Positions 13,290-24,973 are shown, counted from the stretch's first letter. The stretch is 29,972 bases of DNA from Ancylonema sp. (GCA_050230475.1 JBFLGF010000223.1:62001-91972); one strand, 5' to 3'. A program made the numbers and translations. Notes: a model not told the origin generated them from the sequence alone.

Positions 13290-14151
13290 ATGGAGAGCAC
13301 CGACCGTTTTTCTTCGTTGACCGTAAAACTTCTCGATTCCGAAAGGTGTGCGCCAGGTGGCAGCGAAGGTGGTCTCTCATCCGAGTCCGCTGAGGGTCCA
13401 ATCGAGTGCCGCATCTGCAAAGAGGAGACTGTGGGGCTGGGGGAGGGTGGCGAGCGGATGCTGCACCCTTGTTCCTGCGAAGGCAGCATGGCGGGAGTGC
13501 ACCTCAAGTGTCTTCAGCACTGGATCGAGCAGCGAAGAATGGACGCCAGCGAGGCGTCGCTCAGATGCGAGGTCTGTCGGTCGCATTATAACTTGCGGAT
13601 CCGGGAAGGTGAGGGCAGCGGGCGATTTTTTAAGTCTTGCGTGGTGTTGTGCTTCTGTGGTTTTGTGCCTGTACAGTATTGAAGACATGGAGTAGACATG
13701 AAAGCTGTTATCAGAAATGTTACCCTGTTTGCATACATGTAAAATTTGAAATTTGATCTGTTGCCCTGTTTGCATCTTCTGCTTGTCATAACTTTGGAGG
13801 TTCAAGGTGTATAGGCTGCGTTTGTGTTCTGCTTGGATGTTGCCACACTCAATTGCTGAGCTGGCATAGATGATTGTTGGCGTATTTTGTTTTGCCCTCT
13901 TCTACCTTGCCTGTTTGCAATCTCTTTGTCTTCACCTGTCCACATATGGCCTGCCAACAAGCAGCACTGTTGATCTCTCTCATGTTTGAGCGGATCGTTC
14001 CCCATCGCTGCAATACATGAGTGAAAGATTTCGTAAAGTTGGTCCAAGATTGTGGACATGCTTTAAGCGTGTGCATATGATGCTAAATACGTACATAAAC
14101 AAGTGCATGTAAATACTTGAAAGAATAAAGAAATATGTGTGCATACATATA

Positions 14152-14191
<40 letters not shown>

Positions 14192-14361
14192 CATATGTAT
14201 ATATGTATATATATATATATATATGTATATACATATATACATACATATATATTTTTATATTTATACACATATGTTTTTATATATATACATATACGTATGT
14301 ATATATGTATATGTATATATGCATATGTATATATATATATATGTGTGTATGTATATGTGCA

Positions 14362-14394
<33 letters not shown>

Positions 14395-15391
14395 GTATAC
14401 ATATACATATACACATACACATATACATATACATATACATATACATATGTATATATGCATATATGTATATATGTATTTATATGTATTTGTATGAATTTCC
14501 CGTGCCTTGAGTCAAAATCTGCTGATCCTGCTAGACAACACTGACCACACGCATGGAGAGATCAGAAACCAAGGCAGTGCTGTTGCACATAATGTGTTTG
14601 CCAGGTGTCACTTTCTGGTGTCATCTCAGAGCTGACAGTGCCAGGTGGCACTCCTGATCCGTTCCCTTTGTGGCAGTGGTGGAGCTGACGTGGAAGCGAC
14701 TGTGCTCGTACGCGTCGCTGAGCTTTTATGCAGAGTTTGTGACCATCGCACTCACGTTGGCCTCCATGATTGTGCTCTTCCTTCTTTTCTCAGAAGGTGA
14801 AACCAAGGTAGGAACAACTTCTGTGAATTTGATTCGGTCTTTTTTTTTTTTATTTTTTAATAAAAAGCACATTCAATTTTTTTAATTTTTTTTTGAAGAA
14901 GTCATCATGAATCCTTACTTTTCGCTACTTCCCCATTGAAGGGGTTCCATCATGTGTGTGTGTGCCTAACAATCTGTCTCTGCCCCTTTCTTTTGATATC
15001 CATGCGAAGGATTCTATGGGACCGAGCAACTTCTACTCCTCGCTACTAGTGGCTATCATGGTGCTCGGTTTGGGATCTTTCACTCTCGTCAAGGTGAGCA
15101 GTCCTCTACATTGCCACTTTGATTTGTTTTACCTTTGTCCTCGCTTGTCAATATCGAGGAAAAAAGAATACTCTGAATGAGCGACCAACCAACGCGAACT
15201 GTAGCCCTGTTTTGGGGCACTTGCATTCAATTTCTTATTATAGTGCCCATAGCCACAATTTCTCCTTTAGGAGGCTAATGACATTCTATGACTCTGTTTC
15301 AATGCAGGTCGTACTTCGATGGCGGATGGCAATCTCGAGGCCTGTACTCTCCCCTCACTCGCCACGCTCTCCAAGGGAATCGAGGGTATAG
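13290..15391 (+). CDS. RING-CH (RINGv, MARCH-type) membrane-anchored E3 ubiquitin ligase, 4 exons, 205 aa
   Basis: Exons 13290-13608, 14677-14807, 15010-15093, 15308-15391 with consistent phases (1,0,0). C4HC3 motif CRIC...[19 protein letters not shown]...CEVC followed by two hydrophobic helices ([38 protein letters not shown]). Confidence 0.92.
14145..14490. repeat. Compound (TA)n/(TG)n/(TATACA)n microsatellite in RING-CH intron 1
   Basis: Direct reading; source of the YIYI ORFs on both strands. Confidence 0.97.
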
Positions 15392-15409
15392 GCTCATAGA
15401 AATTGCTAA

Positions 15410-15450
15410 CTTAACTAGAGTGCCTTAACTAGAGTGCCAATACTAGAGTG
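15410..15450. repeat. 14-bp tandem repeat, about 3 copies, just after the RING-CH stop
   Basis: CTTAACTAGAGTGC twice, then CAATACTAGAGTG. Confidence 0.85.
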
Positions 15451-17278
15451 AAATAAGTTGTCCCCTTGAGCCCTTCGGGAGGGTAGAAATTATTTGATGG
15501 TGGGAGTTTTGGTCATGTAAGCAAGGACCTCCCGCATCTTTGTATAGAAATGGGACGTGTTAAGCGGGTTTGTGAATCATGTATAGTTTTTATAAAGACT
15601 AGCTAGGATGGGTTGAAGAGGCTACCATTCCTTCTTTTGGATTCTCAATGTATGTCTCTAAACATACCAATGTGAGGTTCATGTACTCATGTTGTACAAT
15701 GTTGATGTGCGATTCCATTTTGGGTAGCTGTGACGTTTGAAGTTTGTAACGATGTACTTGGTCTGCTTCATAGGAGGCTGAGATTACACAAACACATGAG
15801 TCGTTTAACTAGTTAGGAAGTAAAGGAAAACAGCATTCAAGTGGGCTTCATGTATGTTACTGAGTGAAATACAAATAAGCGATGGTTTTTTAGTGGTGAT
15901 CAGTCATGGTTTATACGTAAGCGATGAACCGTTTCATCTTGCAAGCTTTCATGTGTTAATTTAAGGGAGAAAGATTGATTATGTAGATAATAGACGTAGC
16001 ACCGTGCTACTAGCACACCTTTGAGAACAATTCCATATTACATGAATTCCAAATATGCATATTCGAATTCAACATCACACAAACTCTATTCTCCTTAAGA
16101 AACATCAAAGTTGTACGTCGTTATTGTTTTGTTTTACTTTATGCCATGTTAGCAAGAGGATAGACTCTACTCCGGGGATACAACAACTTTGGAAATTGGA
16201 GTAATATCTTCTTGGAAACGTGGAAAACATGATAATGACTGATCATTCTCAAAAGACATGAATGTTTTCGAAGTTCATACTTGAATAGAATAAGTATAAT
16301 TCGCCATGTTCAAATTAGAACACGAAATTTTGTCATCTCCCTCAACCAATTGATTACAAGACACATTTCACTAATAATGCAAGGAGTGGGTGGACTGTAC
16401 GGATGACGTGTTAGATGCGATCGTGGTGCACTATACACAAATAGTTGCTCAAGCATCAAAATGCGTTTATTTAATCGCGTCGACGCACACAATCTCACTA
16501 CATACATAACATTATGAGATCATGGCACTAAAGCGAGACGGTAGCTGGTTGCGGAAGTAGGTCAAGCTACCGATTTGAAATGGTTGCACTCGAGGCAAGT
16601 GCTCATGTGCGCGTATAGCTCTGCTGAAGAGCGACCATGTGCATACGGCATCAGAGTGAGTCGCCATCCGAGAGATAATCAAATAGATAAATGACACAGG
16701 CTTGCACGCAAAAGGTCTCTTACTGGGTGGAACTCTCTCTCTATACAATTTTAGGGTTTCTGGTCTCAAGCGACGGTGCCTCGACAGTCAAACTGTCAAG
16801 TCACGTCGGCTCGACCTATCGATACCTAGACATATCAAAATGCGATCTTCAATCCAATCTTATCTACTACAATGAACGCGTCGATGTAATCGACGGTCAA
16901 ACGGCCGCAATGCAAATATTGATCCAAATCATCAAAATTAGCGATATTAACTAGTGATTCGATTATAGCAACTCAGAACTAATACATCGCTAATTCGACA
17001 CGACACGATCACGCACGACACGGAACACACGGGTACAAGAGTGGAAAATGTTCGGCATTTCGCTTTGCTCGAAGTTTTTTATTATTCATTGTCATACGTT
17101 TTACTTTACATCCATTACTCCGTACAAATGTGTATGATTCTACGATCGAATTCATGATGTGCACCCTATCATACATTTCTTGCAATGTGTCTCCTACCTA
17201 TCGTCACATCCATAAGTTTAATGAGAATTCACGGTACAAATGATCCTAATGCCATATGTCGGACAATATACGATCGTG

Positions 17279-17491
17279 TGCCTTTATAAAGAGGATTAAC
17301 GCTTATACGGTGAGAAGCGCCTATATTGAGTGAATGCCTTTACTAGAATTGCGCCTATACGGTGAGAGTGCCTATAGAGTAAACACGCCTGAACGGTGAA
17401 GTGTGCTTATATGCTCAGAACTACTTATAACGCGAGTGAACGCTTATAAGTTAGACGTGCTTGTATGGTGAAGGTGCTTATTCAGTGAAGT
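17279..17491 (+). repeat. Degenerate 17-18-bp periodic array, 12 units, core YGCYTATA
   Basis: Units start at 17279, 17300, 17318, 17335, 17352, 17369, 17386, 17404, 17422, 17441, 17458, 17475; consensus about YGCYTATACGGTGARNN. Confidence 0.85.
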
Positions 17492-20429
17492 AGCACGGGT
17501 ACGGATATTCCCGACTATATTTCAAAGTTGGACTGCGCGTGGTTCTTTATCGAACTGTTCGAAGTGACATGGGACGGATTTGTCATTAGTGACGTAAAAG
17601 GGATCTAAGGCCTTAGTTAGACCAAACGGTATAATTGTTCCGCCACCTACGGCATTTGGCGGCACCAAGGACGGACTGTACTGACAGCTGCGTTACTAGG
17701 CCACTGTCAGTTCAACGTACAAGTTCCTCTGTCAGCGACTAGCAATATTTGCACCGCGTTAAAGGCGCCGTAAGTTAGCATCTAAGTTGCGGGAAGGCGA
17801 CAAGGCGTGGAGGGCCATTTGTGTGACTTATGCGGATACTGGTCAGCAGCTGTGCGCGTACGACACTACTACCATATCTTAGTTTAACATCTTCTCAGCT
17901 CGAGTGAAGCATGATGCACCATCTGTCCTAGTGTGCTAATTTATGATTGGATAAACTAGTAAGTCGGCGCGAGAACCGCCGAGCTGCGCCGTAAGTCGAT
18001 ACGGCAGGAATGGTAGCTTCCTTGTAACTAGCGCAGTATGCTAGGCTGAGTTCTATAAACTTTGTAACATGAGTGATCAGACCTTCATTGGTCTTATCAC
18101 TCCTCGGGGACCGCTGAGAAATTAACTACCCACTTCCATCCAATTCTCATTGTGTTCGGTTGGCATTTCGCAATTGTGTGAATTCATTTCAGATCTCGTT
18201 CGATCGTGCATTGCAATCTCATACCTTTCATAAGTTTCGAACACTCTACGTTCAGACCAACGGCAACGCCTTGCCATAGGTAGACTAGAAAACAATATGT
18301 GACATGTGGTAGACTTGCGCGACGCTTGTACAATGTTCTTTATTAGCGCGCACGTGTGTGTAGCGGACCTCGACTAGGTCATGATTCTATGTGCGAACCT
18401 CCATGTGACGAGACGACACATAATTCGCACGTGATTCATACTCATTATAACATTATAACAATGTTCGTTGTATCGTTTACGGGGCACGATGTTTAACGGC
18501 GTAAGAATGCACGACACATACCATATCCAATTATTTGGAAATCTTTGACCAATCGTTTCCCTATTATAACATGACACAATTAGTTTTCAAATACATATTT
18601 GTATCATCGGAGAACAAACATATTGTGTCCGTCACACTGTGTTACACATACATGTACCAATTAGGACGAGTGATAGCGTCATGCTACTATGAAAAAGTAT
18701 GTGGGAATAACACATTTTGACCTCCATATTATTCTGGAAGTTGGTGACAATCTCTCCACATTTCTCGGGCATGTGAGCCTGCGAAGCTTGACGTAACAAG
18801 CCTCATCGATTCATGCGGCATAGATGGCAACATGAACGCCAACCTACAGGAGGGGTGTGGGGACAGAAAGTGGGCTCTCTAATAGTTTGCGCTTTTCTCG
18901 TTAGTCACGCGCAACGAAAGCGCGTGAAATTAATATCTTCATCGTGTCCCAAGGTACGCCCGGGGCGTGTGGGAAGCGCAATTAGACAGAATCTGGGAGA
19001 CTGTCTAACTACCGCGACAAAATGCTAAAGGACAAAGTTTGTGCTCATTGCAACCAAAACATCTAGTGCCTTGTCTTCCATGTCCTCTTTTTTTTGGTAA
19101 AGTGAGCTATACTAGCCTCTAGATGGTGTGTAGAATCTAGGCTTTTTATAAGTTTGTTGTCCACATGGTTTTGTCGAAGAGTGTCAATTATATTTAGAAC
19201 TTGCATAACAGAGGACCTTGGCACACGCTATGTACGCTTGAATTTTGTGAAGGGAGCAATCTACGAATTTATTGCCTTCCCCTCCACGACTTTCCCTTTT
19301 CCCCCTCAGAACCCGGGTTTCAAGCCCTTTCTGCCATGGTCGGGAAATCGGGTCGGGGGCTGGGGGCTGGGGGCCCTGGACTTTCACAGCCCGGGTCGGG
19401 GGATGCGCAAAACGCTGCCGGGCAGTCATGAATGTGTAACACCTCATTAGGAATCTAGTACCATAGAACCTCCTCATTAGGCAACGACCTTTTTAACAAT
19501 GCTCCCCGACAGGGCGTACACAAAACAAAGCGCGTATCGTTATGCTCTTTAGGGCAATTAGTGGCATTTTGGCACGACGGAGCGCATACGTGTGTGCGCC
19601 AAAAAAATTGCAGGCTGCACTTGTACTTCTATTTGTACAAGTACGGCCTGACGTCACCCCGAAGCACCTTATAAATGCTCGAATCATTGTTGTACAACGC
19701 CTGAATCCTAAAAAGGTCAGAACTAGCGTGTGTTGTGTCCGAAAGCAGAGCTGCGTGTTCGTGCAGCGCATCAGACTGGTGATCGCAAAGTCAAACGTTA
19801 TTTCAATACCGAAAAAGTGCACGAGTCAGGTGTTGTTTACCGTCTGTCGGTTTTCGTCTGACAGGAAAGCACACTTCTTTATTTGCAACCCTCAGTACTA
19901 AGGGAAGCAACTGTATACCTGCGAGAGAAAATCTCCACTAGTAAAATCGTAGCTTTCTCTCACATCTGTCACTGATGGCGGAGCCGCCTGTAAGATTCAA
20001 TGTGAGTGGTCGTATTCCGCTGTACGTTAAGCCTTTCACACCGTCATCTAATTTAGCCGTAGCCGCAGCGACATTGCAACCAACCATACGATGACGTCTC
20101 CTTCCATTCTATTGCACTATGATCCATGAAACTGTTTGTCGTTATCTTCTGCATATGGGTTATGTCTGGAGAGCACAACTCTCTCCGTAAAAACTCACTC
20201 AATGGCCACCTGTGGTAGACGCCCCTTCTGCATAGTGAATGCACGTCGGTGAACTTGTCGTACACTTGTCGCACACTTGTCACCTCGAGGCTGGAGCGAT
20301 GAGACTGCACACGTGTGACAGCCCGTGCTCACTGAAATTTCTCATGACACACGGTTCAATTCAACCCCGATTCACTTTGAATAACTGTCAGGCGATGGAA
20401 TGTCAACGGCGGAAAATCCACGTGTTCTG

Positions 20430-21450
20430 CTCTCCTTTAATCCCCACTCACCACCCCATCCCCTCCCTTCCCGCCACCCTCGGTACCACCGCCAGTCTAT
20501 ACCGAAGGATGGCTCTGCCGGTGGTTTCAACGGCTTCACGGGAATTTTCACTGATCTTTTAGACAAAAAAGATATGGTTGCTGTTCACAATACCAATAAC
20601 CATAATCGGCAGGGGGGAGCGCCTCCTCGCCAAAGCGACAGCTCTTTCCCGGATCCCTATGGCAAAAATGGCGATGATGTGAAAGGGCATGCCGAGGGGT
20701 CTCAATCCGGTCCAGGTGCAAAGGTGAGGGGTCTCAATCCGGTCCAGGTTCAAAGGGGAGGTTATGGCGGGGATAATCTGGAAGTGAAGAGGCGGTTTAT
20801 CTCCTCATCTAATTCACATGTCGGGTTGTGGATGAGATTTCATATGTATTCACTTTCACCATCACCTCACTTGGTACAAAATCCTTTGTAGGGATTATAA
20901 TCATTGGTCTACCCCTTGGTTTGGCATCCCCGCCAGGAAGCAAGAGGAATCCTGAACCCTAAAACCTCAAACCTGTAGACCTCACAGCTTCCCTTCCCTA
21001 AAGATTACTGTTCTGATCCCTGTTTTGTTGAGCAAACCTAGTCTTGATTTTTTAAGCCGGAATAGAGAGGACAGGTGTCGGTTCATTACTGGTGTCTGGG
21101 CACAACGTTGGGACGCGTGCGAGCTTGCGGCAGTTAGTAGGACGCAGCAGGCGATGCGCTGCTATGATATAGGCTGGTGTGGGGGTTTAGAGGCTAAGTG
21201 GGCAACATCGAGGGTTCAATATCTCAACCCGTATCTGTCAGGAGTTGTGTTACCGCGGTTCTGTGTGGTCGTAGGCGTGGTGAGAGTTCCAAGAACTCGA
21301 ATCTTTTCGGAAACTGTGAACACACTATGTTAGAACCGGCTGGAAGTGACAGGTGGAGAATGTGGTTGGGGGGGATGGGGGAGCAGACGGAGGCACCACC
21401 AGGGTGCGGGTGCAGCATTATGTGAGGGGTTCTTTGAGCAATGATGGCGC
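20430..21450. mobile_element. Decayed LINE (L1/Tx1-like) APE endonuclease region, legible only in the base-complemented, non-reversed reading
   Basis: Complement read left to right gives, in expected order, RGGAVSLSRKGL (20619-20654), VYSP (20815-20826), LDIW (20970-20981), RLD (21032-21040), SDHTP (21171-21185), WR (21252-21257), WW (21395-21400), with frameshifts and stops. Motif recognition by eye only. Confidence 0.5.
20694..20760. repeat. 32-bp tandem duplication
   Basis: GAGGGGTCTCAATCCGGTCCAGGT(G/T)CAAAGG(T/G) twice. Confidence 0.9.
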
Positions 21451-23290
21451 CAGGGAGAGGGTGGGGGGGGTGATGGAAGAGTTCGTTTGGGATGGGGTGA
21501 GTATCGTAGGGGTAGGGGTTAAAGTGGGAGCTGCAGTTTAGGATATTGTGATGTAGAGTAGGTTGGGTGATAGATTTGTTATTTTGGAGGAGAGAAAGTG
21601 AGAATAGGGTGGGGGGGAGAGAATGGTGGAAGACAGTGTACGCATAGGCGTATGATCATTAAAATGGGGGGGGGGTGATATAGCAGAGAAGGAAATTTAT
21701 ATTAGAGTGGGTGTGGGAGCGGGGGTTGGGGTTTTTGAAGTTTGGTAGCTTTATTATTTTCACATATGAAGTATATTGGGTTATTTATCGAATATATTGG
21801 TGAGCAAATTAACATTTTATTTTATTATTCACATGTTCACAATCTTGTTGGGGAGGATAATAAGTTGGGGAAGAGGATGATAAGTCGGGGTGGACTGGAA
21901 GTGTAATGAGCTTTAATTTGGGTTACGGATTTAATGTTAGTTAGCTACTGAAAGGTGCAATATATATTGTTAGCGTGAGATAAATCAATTGGAGAGCAAT
22001 ATAAATGGTGTGGCATATTGTCGATATTGTTAGATTGCAAAGAAATTGTATTGTTCATGCTGTAGTTTTTATTCACTTATCCATGGTTTGTGATGGATAT
22101 TGTTGCATTGGATGATTAGGTATGTATAAAAATCATCAGACTTGTAAAAGTAATGGGAGGTAAAAGAGTGTACAGAGAGGAATATATGTAAGTAAGCAAT
22201 TGCTTTAATCAGCCAACGTATAAGATAATAGTAAACAATCGGTAATGCAAACAACAAACAGCGACTTTTAAATGGGACAGGAGGTGATGGCTTTTGCAAG
22301 TAAATACCCTTACTTGGTAATAATGTCGCAAATTTTATAACATCCACATTCATCCACCTCATCTATTTGTATTTGTTGGACCACTCATTTCATATTCTGG
22401 TACTATTCAAAACGTTTACAGAAGGCGTACAAGACATGTGACAATATTTTCTTTCAGCCGTATAATCAACAAAGAGGAAATTAATATGCAGCTGCCTACA
22501 CCACCGTTACATTCAAAGCTTGTACCGTAATCATTTCATGAGCAACAATTCCTATCCTCCCATTAACCACTTGCGCATAAAAACATATTTATTCCAAAAG
22601 TGTGATTAAATTCATTTCGACGAACTCATATTTATAACCACCATGAAAATACAAGAGCTTCTAGTTCGGGGCCCGATTAATGCCACACATATATCCTCCT
22701 TCAAATGCAAGGCTTTTACATAATTCAACTCATCCACATTTACCAAAACGGTACACTCCCATTCTTTCAATCCAGTCAATATGTACAATTCACACCATAC
22801 TCACTCGAATGTCACACCTCCAACCTGCAACTCAAAACCCACAATTGATTGTCGATACACAAAAAATGTTACAATAATGTATAAACAATTGAGCTGCATA
22901 CATCATGAACCATTCCAATCTTACATACATTCACGATTTGACAAAATCAGCAATGTTTTCCAATGGTTAAGAGAACTACATGAAGTGTGTATAATGTATG
23001 GGGGGGGGGAGATCACGCAATACATATACTGAAATGAAGAATACCCATTCTTTTATGAATTCAGTGTAGGGCATAGGATAGGCATAAGCTGTACAAATAT
23101 TTGATTTCACACATTTGTACATAAACATACAAAATCACATCCCTCCCTGGTACCCACCTTCCAGAAAAGCAACACCTTTTACCGCGACAAATATAGTTGA
23201 GGTAGAACATTCATCATAAAAAATGCCCCACCAACGGAGAAAATTACCACGAAACTAGAACCGCAAGCTTAAATGCATTTAAGAATACAA

Positions 23291-24973
23291 TCACAACAGT
23301 ACCGACACATTCTTTACATCCCATCCCACCTTCCTAGGCTGCTTCAGCTGCCGTCTACATCTCCCATCCGAGGGAGCAGTGTAGTCTCCATCCAGAGCCA
23401 CTGCAAGGTACATGAGCCCCATCACTCCCGTATGCTCTTCCTCGCTGCTATACAAGGACCGAAAGGTGAGAGGAGTCCCCGCCTCGATGCGGTTATTCGA
23501 GCGGTTATCGAACCAGCAAACTTCCATTCCCACCAGGAAACCGGCTTCGTTGCCAGCTGTCGTGCCGTTGCCGTAGAGTGGGTGGGAATCGCAAATGGCA
23601 GAGCCATCCTGGAGTAGAGGCGAGATGGGGGGGATGGGGGGGGATGAGGGGAGATGGGGGAGAGCATTGAGTGCACAGATGATTTGTGAGGGCAAAGAGA
23701 GCGCTGATGTGGCAGAGGAGAGGGCGAGCATGCTGACGTGGCAAGGGCAGACACTGACCTGTCTGTGTAATGAGATCCCTCTGCCGCCCACGTGCTGATG
23801 GCCGGAGACGTAAACGAGGCGGCCAGAGGCTGGGAAGTGGACGGTTTGTTCCGTAAGCAAGCTGCACGAAGCCCCCCCATTGGCTGCTGGGTCGCACTGC
23901 TCCACCTCGAATTCCACCTGAGGGGGTTATCAATGTGAGGTGATGAGCAGCCATACAACACTGAGAGGAGAGGGCTAAGTACTCATTTATGAGTTCGAGA
24001 AGTGAATCGAGGCCAGAAAATGGGGATGTAATGAAAAGTCATAATCCTTCACCACATAGCTTATTACATCCAAATCTGCTCAGAACCTCCTGCTGACCTG
24101 GCAGCTCGATCCCCCCAGCGCCATGGGCACTCCATTGTCGGTGATATCCAACTGATACACTTTCAGCGGGATGACACACTCGTCGAACGGCACATATTCG
24201 ATAGTGTACTTCAACCGATACGCCTTCGGTTCGCCCACAAACCCCTCGCGCAACTCGCAGGTCACGTTCTCGTGGCAACAGCGGATCCCACCCTGATAGC
24301 CGGCGGGAATTGGGCGCCCTGAGATGTCCGTACTGGCGTTAAATGCGGCGCAACTGCACTCGAGGCACAGGCGAGGGTTGACCGTTCCTCGGACGTCGAT
24401 TGCGTGAATCTGCACCCACCATTGCTCGGAGTAACCGGAGGGACTCGCGATGGGAGAACCGGCTTCGATGGCGTACGGGGCGGGGAAGGATAGTGGAGTG
24501 TGGCGGGTCTCGCTCCCGATTCCGAACCAGTGCTCCAGTGCCTTGTTTTCGCACGTGCCAGCGATGGGATCTAATTCAATGCTACCAGCCTCATTCGCGG
24601 CCTCTGTGCGCACCGAACGAGACTCGGCAGCGTTACGTGGCATGTGGAGAGAATGGAATTTGTCACCGACGACCGTCTGCTGAGATGTCGAATCAGCACC
24701 ATCTGCGACTTGGAGTTTCATGACAATCCAGTGGTGGAGGTAGACGTCAGTCAACGGGGCAGAATCTCCGAATTCATCCACAAGCTCGCCAAAGTAGGAG
24801 CGGATGCCGATGTGGCCAGCAGGAAAGGTCAACTTTTCGATCTCGTTGTAAACAGCACCGGGACCCAACGTGATGGGTCTGGAGAATGACGTCTGATACT
24901 GAACGGCAGCACAAGCAGGACCGATGATGGTGATGGCAAAAATACAAACGGAGATAGCAGCAGAAAGCGCCAT
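23291..24973 (-). CDS. Stress up-regulated Nod19 (SURNod19) family secreted protein, 3 exons, 450 aa
   Basis: Exons 24973-24098, 23917-23759, 23608-23291, phase-0 GT-AG introns. Signal peptide and family motifs FPAGHIGI, YLHHW, FGIGSETR, IHAID.RG, C.EC.C, YQGGIRCC, GHQHVGG, YGNG..AGNEAG, HTGVMG. Confidence 0.92.

Noticed and set aside
13980..14544. YIYI-rich ORFs (also IIR ORF 6971..7369 and ORFs at 29046-29606)
   Set aside because: Translations of microsatellites inside introns.
17279..17491. CRISPR array
   Set aside because: Period is 17-18 bp, linkers are related to each other, no cas genes, eukaryotic context.
19295..19392. RNase MRP/P-like words (GAAAGTCC...AGGGCTT) on the minus strand
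   Set aside because: Only about 50 nt apart, far too close, and embedded in a low-complexity GC patch.
20400..20891. 163-aa plus-strand ORF as a real gene or native LINE fragment
   Set aside because: Contains a 32-bp (non-triplet) duplication, and only loose motif echoes (GSAGG, GGDN). The complemented reading gives a longer ordered motif series. Not fully excluded.
20950..21200. AACCCTAAAACC and CTAAACCC as a telomerase RNA template
   Set aside because: No USE/TATA Pol III promoter at correct spacing and no supporting structure; lies inside block D.
21299..21319. LRKAFDT in the complement as the reverse transcriptase motif
   Set aside because: Too close to SDH for the RT domain and lacks the preceding Asp; better read as linker.
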